From Nemertoderma westbladi (Eukaryota > Animalia > Xenacoelomorpha), in NCBI GenBank assembly GCA_032718475.1, contig JAUCBJ010007572.1, positions 1-64,000 on the forward strand: DNA of 64,000 nucleotides, given 5' to 3'. Positions 46,901 to 59,555 of this stretch are shown here, piece by piece. The translations under genes were made by a program, and so were the position numbers. Within the stretch, counting starts at the first letter, position 1; each line of letters opens with the position of its first letter. Under the pieces are notes generated by a model, which did no database searches, had not been told where the DNA came from, and was given only the letters and a program-made list of their open reading frames with translations.

Positions 46901-47574
46901 CATATTTGTATTATAGCATTGTGGTGTATGTAGTTTGTACAATTATTGTACATAATGGCTGACCTGTGGTACAATTGTTATCAATTACGATAACTTTGAG
47001 TTTTTTTTTTTTACGAAATTTTGAGTTTCACAACAAAATAACGGGAATCTCAAGTTAACATCATGTTGTATTTCTAACTACAGTATTGCATTCATGATGT
47101 ATATCATTTGTAATGGGTTGTAATTTGGGGAGTTTTTCCTTTTTTTGTGAGACTCAACAATTTATGGACCGATCTCGAAGTATTCATACTTAACTCACAG
47201 TTCACTTTTACTCAGATATTCATAAATATATTATTACTTTTATTATTAATATTCGGTTTATTTAAAAAATATAGCGATTATAATACTGTTTGCTGTCAGT
47301 ATTAAATACGAAATCTGATATTTGACAACTCTATCACCCCCACCTTAACGCACAGTTATTTTTGGTCTGTCTGTCTGGAATGTCTACTAGACCAAAATCA
47401 CACAGTTATTAGAATCTCAAATTAATGTTTTATTAGTCTTGGGAAGGAGTCAATATATAGTCAACAATTTTGGTAAATTAATAATAATTAATCAAACCAA
47501 CTCTGTTACGTGTTTGATGTGTACGCTGCTGTACGGTAAACATCAATGTCACTCATATTTTAACAAACGAATGA

Positions 47575-48820
47575 TTGTCACTGTAATTGTATGAGGTGTG
47601 TGTCACTGTGATTGTATGAGGTGTGTGTCACTGATTGTATGGGGTGTGTGTCACTGATTGTATGAGGTGTGTGTCACTGATTGTATGAGGTGTGTGTCAC
47701 TGATTGTATAAGGTGTGTGTTGGTGTGATTGTATGACGTGTGTGTCACTAATTGTATGAGGTGTGTGTCACTAATTGTATGAGGTGTGTGTTGGTGTGAT
47801 TGTATGAGGTGTGTGTCACTGATGGTATGAGGTGTGTGTCGCTGTTATTGTATGAGGTGTGTGTCACTGATTGTATGAGGTGTGTGTCACTGATTGTATG
47901 AGGTGTGTGTCACTGATTGTATGAGGTGTGTGTCACTAATTGTATGAGGTGTGTGTCACTGATTGTATGAGGTGTGTGTCACTTATTGTATGAGGTGTGT
48001 GTCGCTGTGATTGTATGAGGTGTGTGTCACTGATTGTATGAGGTGTGTGTCACTGATTGTATGAGGTGTGTGTCACTGATGGTATGAGGTGTGTGTCACT
48101 AATTGTATGAGGTGTGTGTCACTGATTGTATGAGGTGTGTGTCACTTATTGTATGAGGTGTGTGTCGCTGTGATTGTATGAGGTGTGTGTCACTGATTGT
48201 ATGAGGTGTGTGTCACTGATTGTATGAGGTGTGTGTCACTGATTGTATGAGGTGTGTGTCACTGATTGTATGAGGTGTGTGTCACTGATTGTATGAGGTG
48301 TGTGTCACTGATTGTATGAGGTGTGTGTCACTGATTGTATGAGGTGTGTGTCACTGATTGTATGAGGTGTGTGTCACTGATTGTATGAGGTGTGTGTCAC
48401 TGATTGTATGATGTGTGTGTCACTGATTGTATGAGGTGTGTGTCACTGATGGTATGAGGTGTGTGTCACTAATTGTATGAGGTGTGTGTCACTGATTGTA
48501 TGAGGTGTGTGTCACTGATTGTATGAGGTGTGTGTCACTGATTGTATGAGGTGTGTGTCACTGATTGTATGAGGTGTGTGTCACTGATTGTATGAGGTGT
48601 GTGTCACTGATTGTATGAGGTGTGTGTCGCTGTGATTGTATGATATGTGTGTCACTGATTGTATGAGGTGTGTGTCACTGATGGTATGAGGTGTGTGTCA
48701 CTGTGATTGTATGAGGTGTGTGTCGCTGTGATTGTATGAGGTGTGTGTCGCTGTGATTGTATGAGGTGTGTGTCGCTGTGATTGTATGCGGTGTGTGTCG
48801 CTGTGATTGTATGAGGTGAT
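47575..48820. repeat. 23-bp minisatellite between convergent gene ends
   Basis: Unit gtcactgattgtatgaggtgtgt, with 25-bp variants. Confidence 0.97.
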
Positions 48821-49100
48821 TGCGTGAGGTGTGTGCACTGTGCAGTTCGTGCAATGAGGATGAGACATGTCTGTAAGTCCCAGCGCCTACGTGGTACTTT
48901 TTGTTATCATGTTTTGTCAGTTTTTACTTTTTAGATTTTTGTAATTACTAAATAAATATTACACCTTGATAATCAATTATTTTACAATCTGATAAATATA
49001 AATAAATAAAAAACTGTAATTTTTCAAAACAAATATTTCTTTAATTTTCTTAATTCTAAATATTTATAATTTAAACAGATTTTCTTAATTAATTATATTT

Positions 49101-50711
49101 TTAGTAACACCAGGTAGTTTTGATAAACTTTATAAATGATTGGTTATCAGTTATGGCTAGACTAACTCCCCAATGTATCTCCTCCCACGCTCTATAACAG
49201 ATACCTTGGGGCGGCAGACCCCCGAAGTATTGTCTGTAGTCATCAGCCTGTCTCGAGGGCAGCCACTCCCCAACGGCTTGTAATCGTGCGAACTTATTGA
49301 GAGTAGCGGAGTCAACCCGACCGGAATGCATCGGGTCGAGTTTCTGAAACACCTTACGGGCTATAGCCAATCGTAGTTCATCGGGTTCCTGGATGACCGT
49401 TGCCATAAGCAACCCGTAGTTAATTGGTTGATCCGGGGAGCCATTGGCGACGAGATTCCGAGGCCAAATCTGAGTTAATTCTTCAGCCGAAACGGGAATA
49501 CGGAAGGAGTTCAAACCGCGCAGGAGTTTATCGTAAGTCACATCGTCGGTTTCGGTGATACTCAACTTCCGGAATAATTCTCCGAGTCCGGAAATCGTTT
49601 TAACGCTTCTGTTTCGTATCGTTTCGACGACGCGGTTTTGTATTTGTTTAAGGAATTCCGGTGGATTCGATGCGACCGGGGGTCGTTCGAACTCTGAGTC
49701 GAATTCGGTAACTCGGATGATGTACCGAAATAACTCGGAAGGTGGCGAACCTTCCGGGTTGCCGACCAGCACGGAACCCGTTGGAACGAGAACCAACGAG
49801 TTGCCGACGGCGAGATCGTCGAGGTGGAAAGGGGAACCGGTTGACGGGTTGATGAAAATCCGTCGGTCTGTGAACGGCAGACTGGAGGAACGACGGCCGA
49901 GTCGACGGAACTCGTAGAACGTCAACGACGAATCGCAGAAGAAGAAGAATCCGTACAACTCCTTGAGAGCCAATCGGCTGTTAGTCGTTACTAGGCGACA
50001 GTCGAAGCGGAGTCGTTGAGAGGCCGCACGGTGCGAGGGATGCACGCTGGATGACGTTGATTTGTTTACTTCCTCCTTAGCAACGATGCTGTCTTGGTTG
50101 CTATGTGGGGAATCCTTGGAAGGCGGTGAATTACAAGGGCTGTTAGGAGGAAAGTATTGTTGCAGCTTACTTTCAGTTTGAATGTTATTACTCCCATATT
50201 CTGTGTTTTTAATGTTTGTTTGTAAGTTTTTACTTTCAGTTTCTATATAGTAAGTAAATGCGCGGTCAGTCTCAGCTTGTCTTTCTTTCAGTTTAGCTGC
50301 GGCTATCAGCGGCGACTCTAGAGGGGCGTCACGGGCGCTGCGCGTTACCCGTTTCGCTTTATCATCCCGGTACTCGCGGTAAATATTCTGGAAGTGCTCC
50401 GGGGCCGCTGGGAGGTGTTCCGGTACTGTATCCGGAACGCCCGGTGTGCGGATTGGCAGTTTGTATCGGCCCGGGTTGGGCGCGGGCGCGGGGTCCCAGG
50501 GCGCGGGCGCTCTGTATCTGTCCCGTCCCGGTGCCGTGCCCCATGACACGGTGGATCCGGACCCAGCGGAGACCAGCCCACCAGAACGGCCGCTATACGG
50601 CTGTATGAGGACGTCCTCGTTGGTGAATTCGTTAAGGTTGAGTGAGGGTACGCTTACGGGAAACTCACCGGAATCGCGGCTGTGGGATGTTGGTACTGTG
50701 TTAGTAAACAT
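49101..50711 (-). CDS. CAPS2: Calcyphosin-2-like protein (degenerate EF-hands)
   Basis: Long single-exon ORF with VP.L.L..SWGT near the N-terminus, LRFDCRL, ELYGFFF..DSSLT.YEFR.LG..S..LPF, the EF-hand-like KVFQKLDPMHSGRV and the C-terminal GVSLAI....FIKF...W. A short upstream exon is possible (acceptor-like AG at 50728-50727). Confidence 0.75.
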   Translation of the reverse strand: MFTNTVPTSHSRDSGEFPVSVPSLNLNEFTNEDVLIQPYSGRSGGLVSAGSGSTVSWGTAPGRDRYRAPAPWDPAPAPNPGRYKLPIRTPGVPDTVPEHLPAAPEHFQNIYREYRDDKAKRVTRSARDAPLESPLIAAAKLKERQAETDRAFTYYIETESKNLQTNIKNTEYGSNNIQTESKLQQYFPPNSPCNSPPSKDSPHSNQDSIVAKEEVNKSTSSSVHPSHRAASQRLRFDCRLVTTNSRLALKELYGFFFFCDSSLTFYEFRRLGRRSSSLPFTDRRIFINPSTGSPFHLDDLAVGNSLVLVPTGSVLVGNPEGSPPSELFRYIIRVTEFDSEFERPPVASNPPEFLKQIQNRVVETIRNRSVKTISGLGELFRKLSITETDDVTYDKLLRGLNSFRIPVSAEELTQIWPRNLVANGSPDQPINYGLLMATVIQEPDELRLAIARKVFQKLDPMHSGRVDSATLNKFARLQAVGEWLPSRQADDYRQYFGGLPPQGICYRAWEEIHWGVSLAITDNQSFIKFIKTTWCY

Positions 50712-50974
50712 TGTCACAACAATTTGCTAATGGGGTGTATCAATTTAAAATAATTTATACAGTATATTCGGTTATAAAGGCATAAATTTTAGGGATGAAT
50801 TTAGGCTGTTTAAAATATCATTCTGACAATTTGGTGTTCTAAATGGTGTGCCCCTATCAGATTTTCAACTATTCCACTTTTTTATTTACCGCATTACTAC
50901 AATATTAAAGTTATTACGCCTTGTACCGTGGTGCCGGTTCGCGGTACTGGTGGTACACAGCCTACAATCAGAAG

Positions 50975-51035
50975 TTTACCTGGATAACTGTATTATTGTT
51001 TACAATGGTTGCCATGGCAACATTGCCATGCCAAC
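50975..51035 (-). promoter_or_regulatory. RFX X-box cluster with forkhead site
   Basis: Perfect X-box GTTGCCATGGCAAC at 51008-51021; adjacent ATTGCCATGCCAAC at 51022-51035; X-box-like GTTTACCTGGATAAC at 50975-50989; TGTTTAC at 50997-51003. Lies ~300 bp upstream of the CAPS2-like ATG. Confidence 0.75.
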
Positions 51036-51359
51036 CATTGGAATTGAAGTTGGAAAATAGTTAACAACGAAGTTGCGTAATGGATGCGCTCGCTATATAT
51101 TGTCCCATGTGAAGTCAAGTATACCAGACTTTCTGCTGTTATAACACTAAACAAATTAGTATCCGTGCAGGTTAAAAGAAAGATCGATAAGCGCTATAAA
51201 ACACTTATAGGGAGAAATATGCAATATGTCGTACAACTATGGCGGCAATGGCAACTATTAATTGCTTATAACCCAGTTTTACCCTAAAATCCCGACACTT
51301 ACAGCTAGGTGGTCGTTTCTATCGTCAGAGGATGACTTCGTCCACCTCCTGGTATGAAT

Positions 51360-54060
51360 AACTACAACTACTATCGGCATGCTGCATTGCTGCTGCACTA
51401 TATATATATATATTACATATATATTTAGAATGCTGTGACGGCTTGTCAACGAAATTGGGCCGCCATAACTCCCTAATCACCTTTGTACATTAGTAGATTT
51501 GATAGATTATCTGCATCTTCAAGGCTAGTGTCCTTTAAGATGCGTCTCAAGAAAGTCATGGGCTGTCCACCATGCATATTCACTCCGTGATGCCGTCAAA
51601 ACACAAGATTGGGCACTATGGCTGGTCCTTACGGCGAAAGCAATGTTCTGCAAAGCGGGGGCGGCTTCGTTCAAGTTTAAAGCTAGGTGAGACTTATGAA
51701 ACAGCTCCAATGTTGTACTGTATATAGTCTGATGGGATGTACTTGACACAATGAAGCAGCGCGCAGCATTCTTGTATACGTGCCATCCATAGATTTGGTA
51801 TCCTCTGCAGCTAGAGCCCAGCATGGACTGACATAGGAGTTCTGGTTCTGGTTTGCAACCATCGAGATTAACGAGTCTCCACGAAAAGATCAATAGTTGT
51901 TAGGTGGCACATCTTTGGGTCAGGGACCAACTTATTTGTTTTAATTTCATAAAGGGACTCTCTTTTCCTATACATGTCCGCAATACTGTGATGAAGGAAC
52001 TTTAAATAAGAAATTTAACAAAAAAATACAGTAAGGAATTTCAAAGACCTCAGGGGGCACGCCATCTACTCCACGATTGTTCTAGATGCTCTTTGCTGCA
52101 GTCTTGATTTCAGCCAAAGAGATGCCACCAATGTTGTTTAGTTTCTTTAATCCACTAAGTGGCTTAAATTTTTATATACTGTATATGATATCTGCATAGA
52201 TTTAGACATAGACAATACAAAGCATAAAATTGCACTGAAGTAAAAACCGCTTACGGCAGTAATAACTATTTACATACTTGTGTGTAAAGTAGCACTTTAC
52301 AGTGTGATGATCCGAGTGGCTTTGTTACACGAACGAACGTTAGTGAGTGAGTGAAAATAAAGCCACGAGGATCAGAACACTGTAAAGTACTTTGCAACAA
52401 GTATGTATGTAGTTTTATTCCAAAATTTTAACATTACGAAATGATTGTATATTCATTACAGTATAAGTGATAGAAACTGCACAAATTAAACTAGTTGCTG
52501 TATAAATAAATGTAAAAATGACATAAATTATGTTATAAATAAGTTAGCTTATATTTATGGTGGCGTTTGGAGACATGTTATAATAATATAGCTAGGGCCT
52601 ACTGGTTATTAATAGCTATACCCCGCCTACCGGTAGGTAATGCAGTAGGCCTATCTGGCTGTCAGGCAAATTTCCACCTATTGTTTACGTGGTATCCATG
52701 ACGGCGTTAAGTAATGTCCACTAGGGGGGCATTACTTAACGCCGTCATGGTTACCACGTAAACAAGAACACCAAATACAATACTAAATGTACAGGCCAAT
52801 ACAATGCTGTAATGTCCTCTAAAGTTGTAAAGTGCTAAATAACAACTCGCTGTAAATACTAACAGCGTTGAGTAATGTTACAATTTTGGAATAAAATATA
52901 TAAACACAATGGAATATTTGGTAGGGCTACAGTCTACAAATCATCATTTTTGATGCCATGCTATGAAATGGTGGCACAACATGATGGTTTAAAATATGTG
53001 GTATAATGATAGTTGCTCGCCGGGATCGTGATAGTTCGGAGTGAGGATATGAATGGGGATATCTGACAGACTTATATATACGACTTATATGTGCATGATG
53101 TACCTCAAAGTTATAAGGCAATACCCTGCCATTGTTTAGGAGCTTCTCAAAGTGGGCCTTCCAACCTTTGAGGCGTTCAGCTGGAGTTTCAGCCATAACC
53201 TTGGTAGTTAGATGGCCTTCCTCCAAGTGAGTAGGTTTGTTGATTGCCATGCCGGGCTGTCGCCTCTGATGCAAGAGCCTCATACCTGTTACTCAGCTGT
53301 AGTGTGAAGCTGGATCTTACGCTGGGCTGTGGCGATAGAGGGGAGCAATCATGCCTTGGCAAGGGCGATTTCTTAGCTCTGTTAGCGCGGAGACTAAGTC
53401 ATACCTTGGTCACAATAAGGCGGTGATCACTGGAGATATGTCGAAGTGTAAATGAACTACAGTCTTGTACAGAGCTCCTGTATTTCCTACGAAACAGAAT
53501 ATGGTCTATCTGGGACTTGTGACCATTGGGCCCAGTATGATTCCATTAATTTCCAGTCCGCCTCTCCTCTTGAACTGGATCCCAGCCGAGAACAATCCAT
53601 TTCCAGAGATTAAATCTTGAAGATGGACGGAGTTTCGGTTAACACTATTGCTGTAGACCCAGGGCGATGTAGGTGATCGATGCAGACTTGCATTTTAAAG
53701 TCTCCCAGGAATGTTAAGAATGCATGCTGATTCACTCCATTAGTGGCTGCTTGTAGATTCTGGTAGAAATTTTCCACCTCCTCTACTGTGGTGAATAGCA
53801 TACAATTAAAATCAACTTAGAAAACTTCTTAGCCAGTCTTTCAGAACATGAGAAGTGGCAACGGATGATGAGGTTAGAGATTTGGTCTATTTTTTCCAAT
53901 GCTGCATGTGTAATTGCATTCATCTATAGATCCATTACTACCATTGCCGCTATCAACTGCGATGCGAGGGAATGTCGCCAACCTCCCCCATGTCCTTAAT
54001 CAGAACCTCATCAGTCTGTCCAGTGTGCATTCGGTGCCCTTGAATACCCACTGCGCTGTG
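51360..54060 (-). mobile_element. Highly degenerate, interrupted RTE-clade LINE
   Basis: 3' end and tail like the 30555-32274 element at 51360-51850; a GVDGVPPEV-like piece at ~52040-52130; [26 protein letters not shown] at ~53100-53200; APE-endonuclease remnants (FLGDF, SQIDHILFRRKYRSSVQD) at 53450-53800. Confidence 0.8.
52270..52900. mobile_element. Palindromic non-autonomous element inserted in the RTE remnant
   Basis: Nested inverted repeats at ~52272-52405; ttttattccaaaatt.taacattac (52412) versus gtaatgttacaattttggaataaaa (52872); central ~85-bp hairpin at 52681-52765. Confidence 0.55.
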
Positions 54061-55037
54061 TTTTGAGTAAACATAATGGCCAATCTACCGAATCAATCAC
54101 ACATTCCAAAAAGCTCTCTAGTTTCACTCATATTTTCTGAACTCCTTTATAGACTTATCTTAGAACAATAATTATCAAATACGGTATGTCATTTCCCATG
54201 TCTTAAAAATACGTTGCCTTTACCTTCCGTAAAAAAACTAAGTCAAAAACTATCTTTATAAGCTATTGAAATTTTATTTATTTGAAAATATGATATGATA
54301 CTCGTAATACAATCAATTTATTTAGGCTCTCCCTCGGTGATCACGAACCACATACCCAGACAGGGTTGCTGAGAGAAAAAAAGTGGGCCCGAATAATGTA
54401 ATAATTGTGGAAAATCCGAGACCCTATTTCTTATTTTGATGTGAAATAGGTGTAACATAGAATCAACTCCAACTGTTACACCACCTGTGAAATGAACTTA
54501 TGTTCTGGAATGTGGCTTCTGAGATTAGGTACCCGTTGCTGGTCCCCCTCCCCTCGGATCAGATGGCCACAACTGGCTCTGCTTCCGCCGTCAGTCATAA
54601 CATATCCGTTAATTAATTTAAAAAAATTTTCTTCACACGTTAAAATATAATTTTCTTACAATAAAAATAGAACAAATTCTATGTCAAACTCATTTTTAAA
54701 TAATTAAAATTTTGATGTGCAATAATTGTATAATTATCGGTGCCATTTTCACGTTATCTGAAAATATTCTGATACACAAATGGGAATGATTTCCGAATTG
54801 TCATCCTATTTACAATGTTATTAATGAAACAAAGTAGGCCTACTGTATACAAAATAAAATAAATATTTTTATTAACCGCCCTTTCTTTTACAGTACATTG
54901 TACATACTGTACATGGTACATAATTTGATTACTACATTACTGCCAGGTAGATTAGGGATAAATAGCTTACGTTATATTGAGTTTGTGTTAAAACTTCAAC
55001 TGATAAACCAGGAGCAGTAGTCACTGAGAATGTCACA

Positions 55038-55050
55038 GTTACCTAGCAAC
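55038..55050. promoter_or_regulatory. X-box-like site GTTACCTAGCAAC
   Basis: Matches the RFX consensus and sits in unique intergenic sequence between the CAPS2-like and BCL11-like genes. Target gene unknown. Confidence 0.4.
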
Positions 55051-57698
55051 CGTATTGTGTCTGTAAAGCAGCAGGGTGGCCAGTAATGACCACAGTCTGA
55101 CTCAGATTGGGTGTGTGTGGGTTGCTACATTATTGATTAGATTTCCAGTCTGGTCCATTCACAGTAGACTTACTACTGTATAATAAGACTTTGTAGGCTT
55201 GCCTATATTTTATTATTAAATTTTACAATTTATTTAAGTATTTAAATTTACACTGGTAGAGACTAAGCCGATAATTATGGATTCTGACATAAAGTTTTAT
55301 TTTAATTACTTTACAGTTGGATTTATAGAAAATCCGCGTATTACAGTACAGTAGTATTCGAAATAGCCTTTGAAATTTATTTAATTAAATTTATGGCTGT
55401 CATTACGCGAGTGCGCCCCCCCCCCCCCCCCCCCCCCATCATGGTATGATTGGACCTGGTTGTTTACATTTCTGGCCCTAGAACTGATACCGGTATTAAT
55501 TATGTGTTGTATTTATCTTACCGCGTTATAATTTTAAGCAAACAGGATATAAGTAAGCCAGAGGGCGGGGGGACTTCGAAACATTTAAAACTAATCCGTC
55601 TCCAGGGGAAAATCGACGCAAATACAGTATTGAATTTCGTTTATTGTTTTGGTTATAATAACGTGTCGCTGTAACCTGCACCTTTCCCTAAATTGATAAT
55701 TTAACGTATTATTTCGCCGAGAAGGGATTTACGTCCGCCCCCTCTCCCTGTCTTAAGTAAGCCTACCAAAACTGCTATGATTCACTGACTCCGTGGGTCA
55801 AAGTCCCAACAAGGAGTTGATAGTTTATAAAATATTGTTTCTTTAGTGTGGGTTGAATGTTTTATTGTAAGGTAAGTCCCCCTATCCTCTCTATCTGCCA
55901 GGTATATCGTATCTACATGGTAACTGAGTCCTGACCCATTCTCGAATATTTTAAGTTTGTTGTGACTAAAGTGTTTTAAATAGAATTGAAGTCCCACTGT
56001 AACTATGGCAAAAACAAAACAATTACAGTAGGCTGAAAGGGCCTCCTTCCTAGTCCTTATGCAGTTAACATAATTAAATGGTATAATAGGCAGAGATATA
56101 TTCTTCAGAGAATAGTAGCGGATAACTGTGATAAAGGAAAGGGATGGGTGTGGTGCTTAGTTAATTATTTATGTTGACTGATTAATTAGCCTCTTTCATA
56201 TTTGCGCCAAACTCATCTCTGTGTCAACGTCAGAGCCCCCCACCCACCCCCCCCCCTCTCCAATTCCACGGCACGACCGGGACTATAACAACACTAGCAG
56301 ACTTAGCACTCTATAATGTTGATAACATTATCATCATTAACATCGGTATAAATTTAATACCTCAGTATTAAATCAAAAGACCCTCTATTATTATTATTAT
56401 TTTGATGTTTCAATGACGCTGTTATAATAAGGCAATGCAACAGTAACATGGCTTAAATTATTCTTGCATCGTGCATTGGTTGCATATTAAGATTTACACT
56501 ATTTATATTGAGATTGACTGGCACTTATTTATTTGTCCTACACCCAACCAATATCCCTTTATCCCCTAGAATACGTATGCAGTTATAATTTATATGCACC
56601 AGACTTTGAGATCACCATTCACCTATCAAGGGACGGAGCAATATCCATGGGTAGTCAAAGGAATATGTTACGTAGCAACACAATCTCATTGGCTAACCAC
56701 TTCCCTCATTGGGCACCATTTCCTGTAATGCATTAAAGCACTTTGGTTTGGCAGAGACAAATAAAGGCGACCAACCATTACTGCACTGAGCCTTCTGGCT
56801 GTGCCGTTGACTAGGGAAGAAACATTGGCTGCGGATAGGCGGTTGCTTGGAGACCATGGAATTACTATCTTTACATTGTCACTGTGCACACTATGACTAA
56901 TATAGTACCATAAGGGAAGAATGACCCAATAGCTCTAGCTGGTGGTGTAGTGATGATGGCGTATAATGCATTCATATAGCAGGGCTTTTTATTGACTCCA
57001 ATCGTTGACTCATTCATTGGTCTTCTAGTTTACTTATTAATTTCTAATGTCCGTGAACGGGACTTCGTAGGTTGTTTTTGTTACCATGACACTGGATTTC
57101 CAAATAAAATATGAACTAAATATAGTTGATTTTTTAGGCACATTTTGCGTGAATTAGATAATTTATCAATACGGAATTGCGGGAATTTATTTTATGATTT
57201 TTTTCGAGAATTATTTCGCCGGAAATTTCGTAAAATTCTTGAAAATTATATTGTAAATTATAATAATATATAGAACTATATTATTATACAGTTTATTATA
57301 ATTTCTATAATATATTATTAGGCCAACATAATATGATATTATACAATGAATATAATATTATATTTTGCTATGTACTAAAATTAATTGACGTCATGAGTGA
57401 CTGATGAATACACTATGGCCGTCCCAAAAGGACCTATAACCCCTGTGAATGTGATGCAATAGCGGGGCATCTCTAGTATATTATTGTGTTTTATTTTTAG
57501 CATCAAGGAAAGGCTAAGATAGTTATCCTTCTACTCGATGCATTTTCTTTCTCTTACAGTATTGGAATTCTATTAAATTATTGTATTTACATTGTTGTAG
57601 ACTTATAGTTTGATTTATATTATTTTATAACTGTGAGCCAGTTTGACAATAACTTATTATTTATAATTAATAGTTTATAAGAATATTTATAATTGACT

Positions 57699-59555
57699 AT
57701 GATTGGATTATCCAAACCCAGTATCCAAAGGATTGTGAAGAATTCAAGGAAACAAGCCCATCCTCAGCAGAGGTTTTCGGCTTGCGATGAGCCTCGGTTA
57801 CCTTTGGATACTGACACGAGATTGGAGGATCACATCGGGGATGACTCAGGAGAGTTTCTAGAACATTCGAAAACTGTGAAGGATGCGCTAGAAACCAAGA
57901 TAAAACTCAAAGACAGCGACGACTACGTGACTTGCGTAACCTGCGGGTTGCGTTTCTTGTTGACTGAGTTGGATAAGTATGTGGAACACAAGCAGACTCC
58001 CTGCACCTCCAACAATAACAGCGGTGTCCAGGACGACCTGTTGGAGACGAGCATGCAAGATCCCGGTTATATACTCAGCTGTTGTCATTGCTCGCTCCCC
58101 TTCGCCTCCGCCTATAACCTGTTGCTTCACTGCCAGATCGCCCACGATATCGTCATTACCCACTCCCTATCCCAAGGGTTCGTGGTTCAACCCACACGGC
58201 CTCTCAGTGGGGGCAGCTCCGATGCCGAGTTAGTCATCGATACTAATGATTCACCCTTCGTCATGGATACAGACCCGCCTGTGACGTCAGTCCCTTCTAT
58301 AGTCGCGAAATTAAATCGTGTCATTGCTAAATCGGAAGCCGAAGGCGATATGTCGATGGGTTCACCTTCATTGGAAAGAGATGATACTATACAACCCAGC
58401 CAACCAATAGGAGCGGTTCAAACAGTTATACCCGCCCATTCGATGACCTTAAATCCACAGATTTCGCAACCCACTCTACTGCCATTGGTCGTTTCGTCCT
58501 CTGCTGTTTCCTCCTCTCAGACGGTAGTTCTTCCCGCCTCAGGTACCGGTATTACCCATGTTCCCCGGGACTCGATTCGTTTTATACTCCCACCACCTAA
58601 CAATCCAACCGTTACCAACACCAATCAAAATCTTTCCTCCAATATTAATCTCAATAATCTTCCTATTTTAACCTTGGCACCAAATCATTCATTACCAAAC
58701 CCACAACCATTACCTAATGGTATCCCCCTCTCTACAGGCACGACAAGAATACATTCAACAGAACCTAACAATTCAACGATTCTCAACGCCCTACTTTCTT
58801 TGATACCGTCGCAAACAACATCTGTAGTATCCACTGGAGGTAATACCGTTAAATCCTCAGACAACATCGACAACATCGTCAGACAAAACTCTCCCGCTGT
58901 CAACCCGATATTACACGGGCAGTCATCAACAGCCGCTAATCAGATAAACACCATCACATACATCATCCCCCTCCCCCCATCCAACCCCATTGTAACCGGT
59001 TCTTCTGTGCGACCGTTGCGAGCTCGCACCCCCACCCCCACCCGAAAGATTATGTCCCAGAACCCATTCCCAGGCGGAATTACGTCTGATAGCAGTAAGA
59101 TTGTATCTACGAACAAACACAAACCCGTGCATCCTAACATACTCAGTAAAATAAGCAAGCAACTTACTCAAAGGAATACTGTCTCAACCTCAACACCAAG
59201 CGTTACTTATGTGCCAGTAGTTACAAGCACATTAGAGGCTGAAAGCTTGTTATCGGTAGATAATTTCATTCCAAGTAGCAATAGCTCGGAGGTTGGAAAA
59301 GCAATTAAAAGGCAATCTCCGGAGGGTAGTTGTAGCGAGAGTTTGTCGACCTCCCCGTCGCCTACTAAGAGAGGAAAGGGGTGCGGTATCGAAGGGGGTT
59401 TCCGTCCTGGGGTATACCGCGGATGTCCGCATTGCGTCTACAAGACGGTGGACCGGTCCAACATGAGACGTCACATAAAGAAGAGGCACCCAGAGGAAGC
59501 TAAGTATCTATCCTACCGACCTTCTAGCAATAGGCCAAGTGTTGTAGACTCATAA
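57699..59555 (+). CDS. BCL11/ZNF296-like zinc-finger transcription factor (divergent)
   Basis: SRKQAHPQ resembles the MSRRKQ..PQ NuRD-binding motif. CVTCGLRF.L.....YVEHKQTPC is a BCL11-type C2HC finger and CCHCSLPFASAYNLLLHCQIAH is ZF1-like. A long S/T/P/N-rich region precedes a single C-terminal C2H2 finger (CPHCVYKT..RSNMRRHIKKRH). Confidence 0.8.
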   Translation: MIGLSKPSIQRIVKNSRKQAHPQQRFSACDEPRLPLDTDTRLEDHIGDDSGEFLEHSKTVKDALETKIKLKDSDDYVTCVTCGLRFLLTELDKYVEHKQTPCTSNNNSGVQDDLLETSMQDPGYILSCCHCSLPFASAYNLLLHCQIAHDIVITHSLSQGFVVQPTRPLSGGSSDAELVIDTNDSPFVMDTDPPVTSVPSIVAKLNRVIAKSEAEGDMSMGSPSLERDDTIQPSQPIGAVQTVIPAHSMTLNPQISQPTLLPLVVSSSAVSSSQTVVLPASGTGITHVPRDSIRFILPPPNNPTVTNTNQNLSSNINLNNLPILTLAPNHSLPNPQPLPNGIPLSTGTTRIHSTEPNNSTILNALLSLIPSQTTSVVSTGGNTVKSSDNIDNIVRQNSPAVNPILHGQSSTAANQINTITYIIPLPPSNPIVTGSSVRPLRARTPTPTRKIMSQNPFPGGITSDSSKIVSTNKHKPVHPNILSKISKQLTQRNTVSTSTPSVTYVPVVTSTLEAESLLSVDNFIPSSNSSEVGKAIKRQSPEGSCSESLSTSPSPTKRGKGCGIEGGFRPGVYRGCPHCVYKTVDRSNMRRHIKKRHPEEAKYLSYRPSSNRPSVVDS

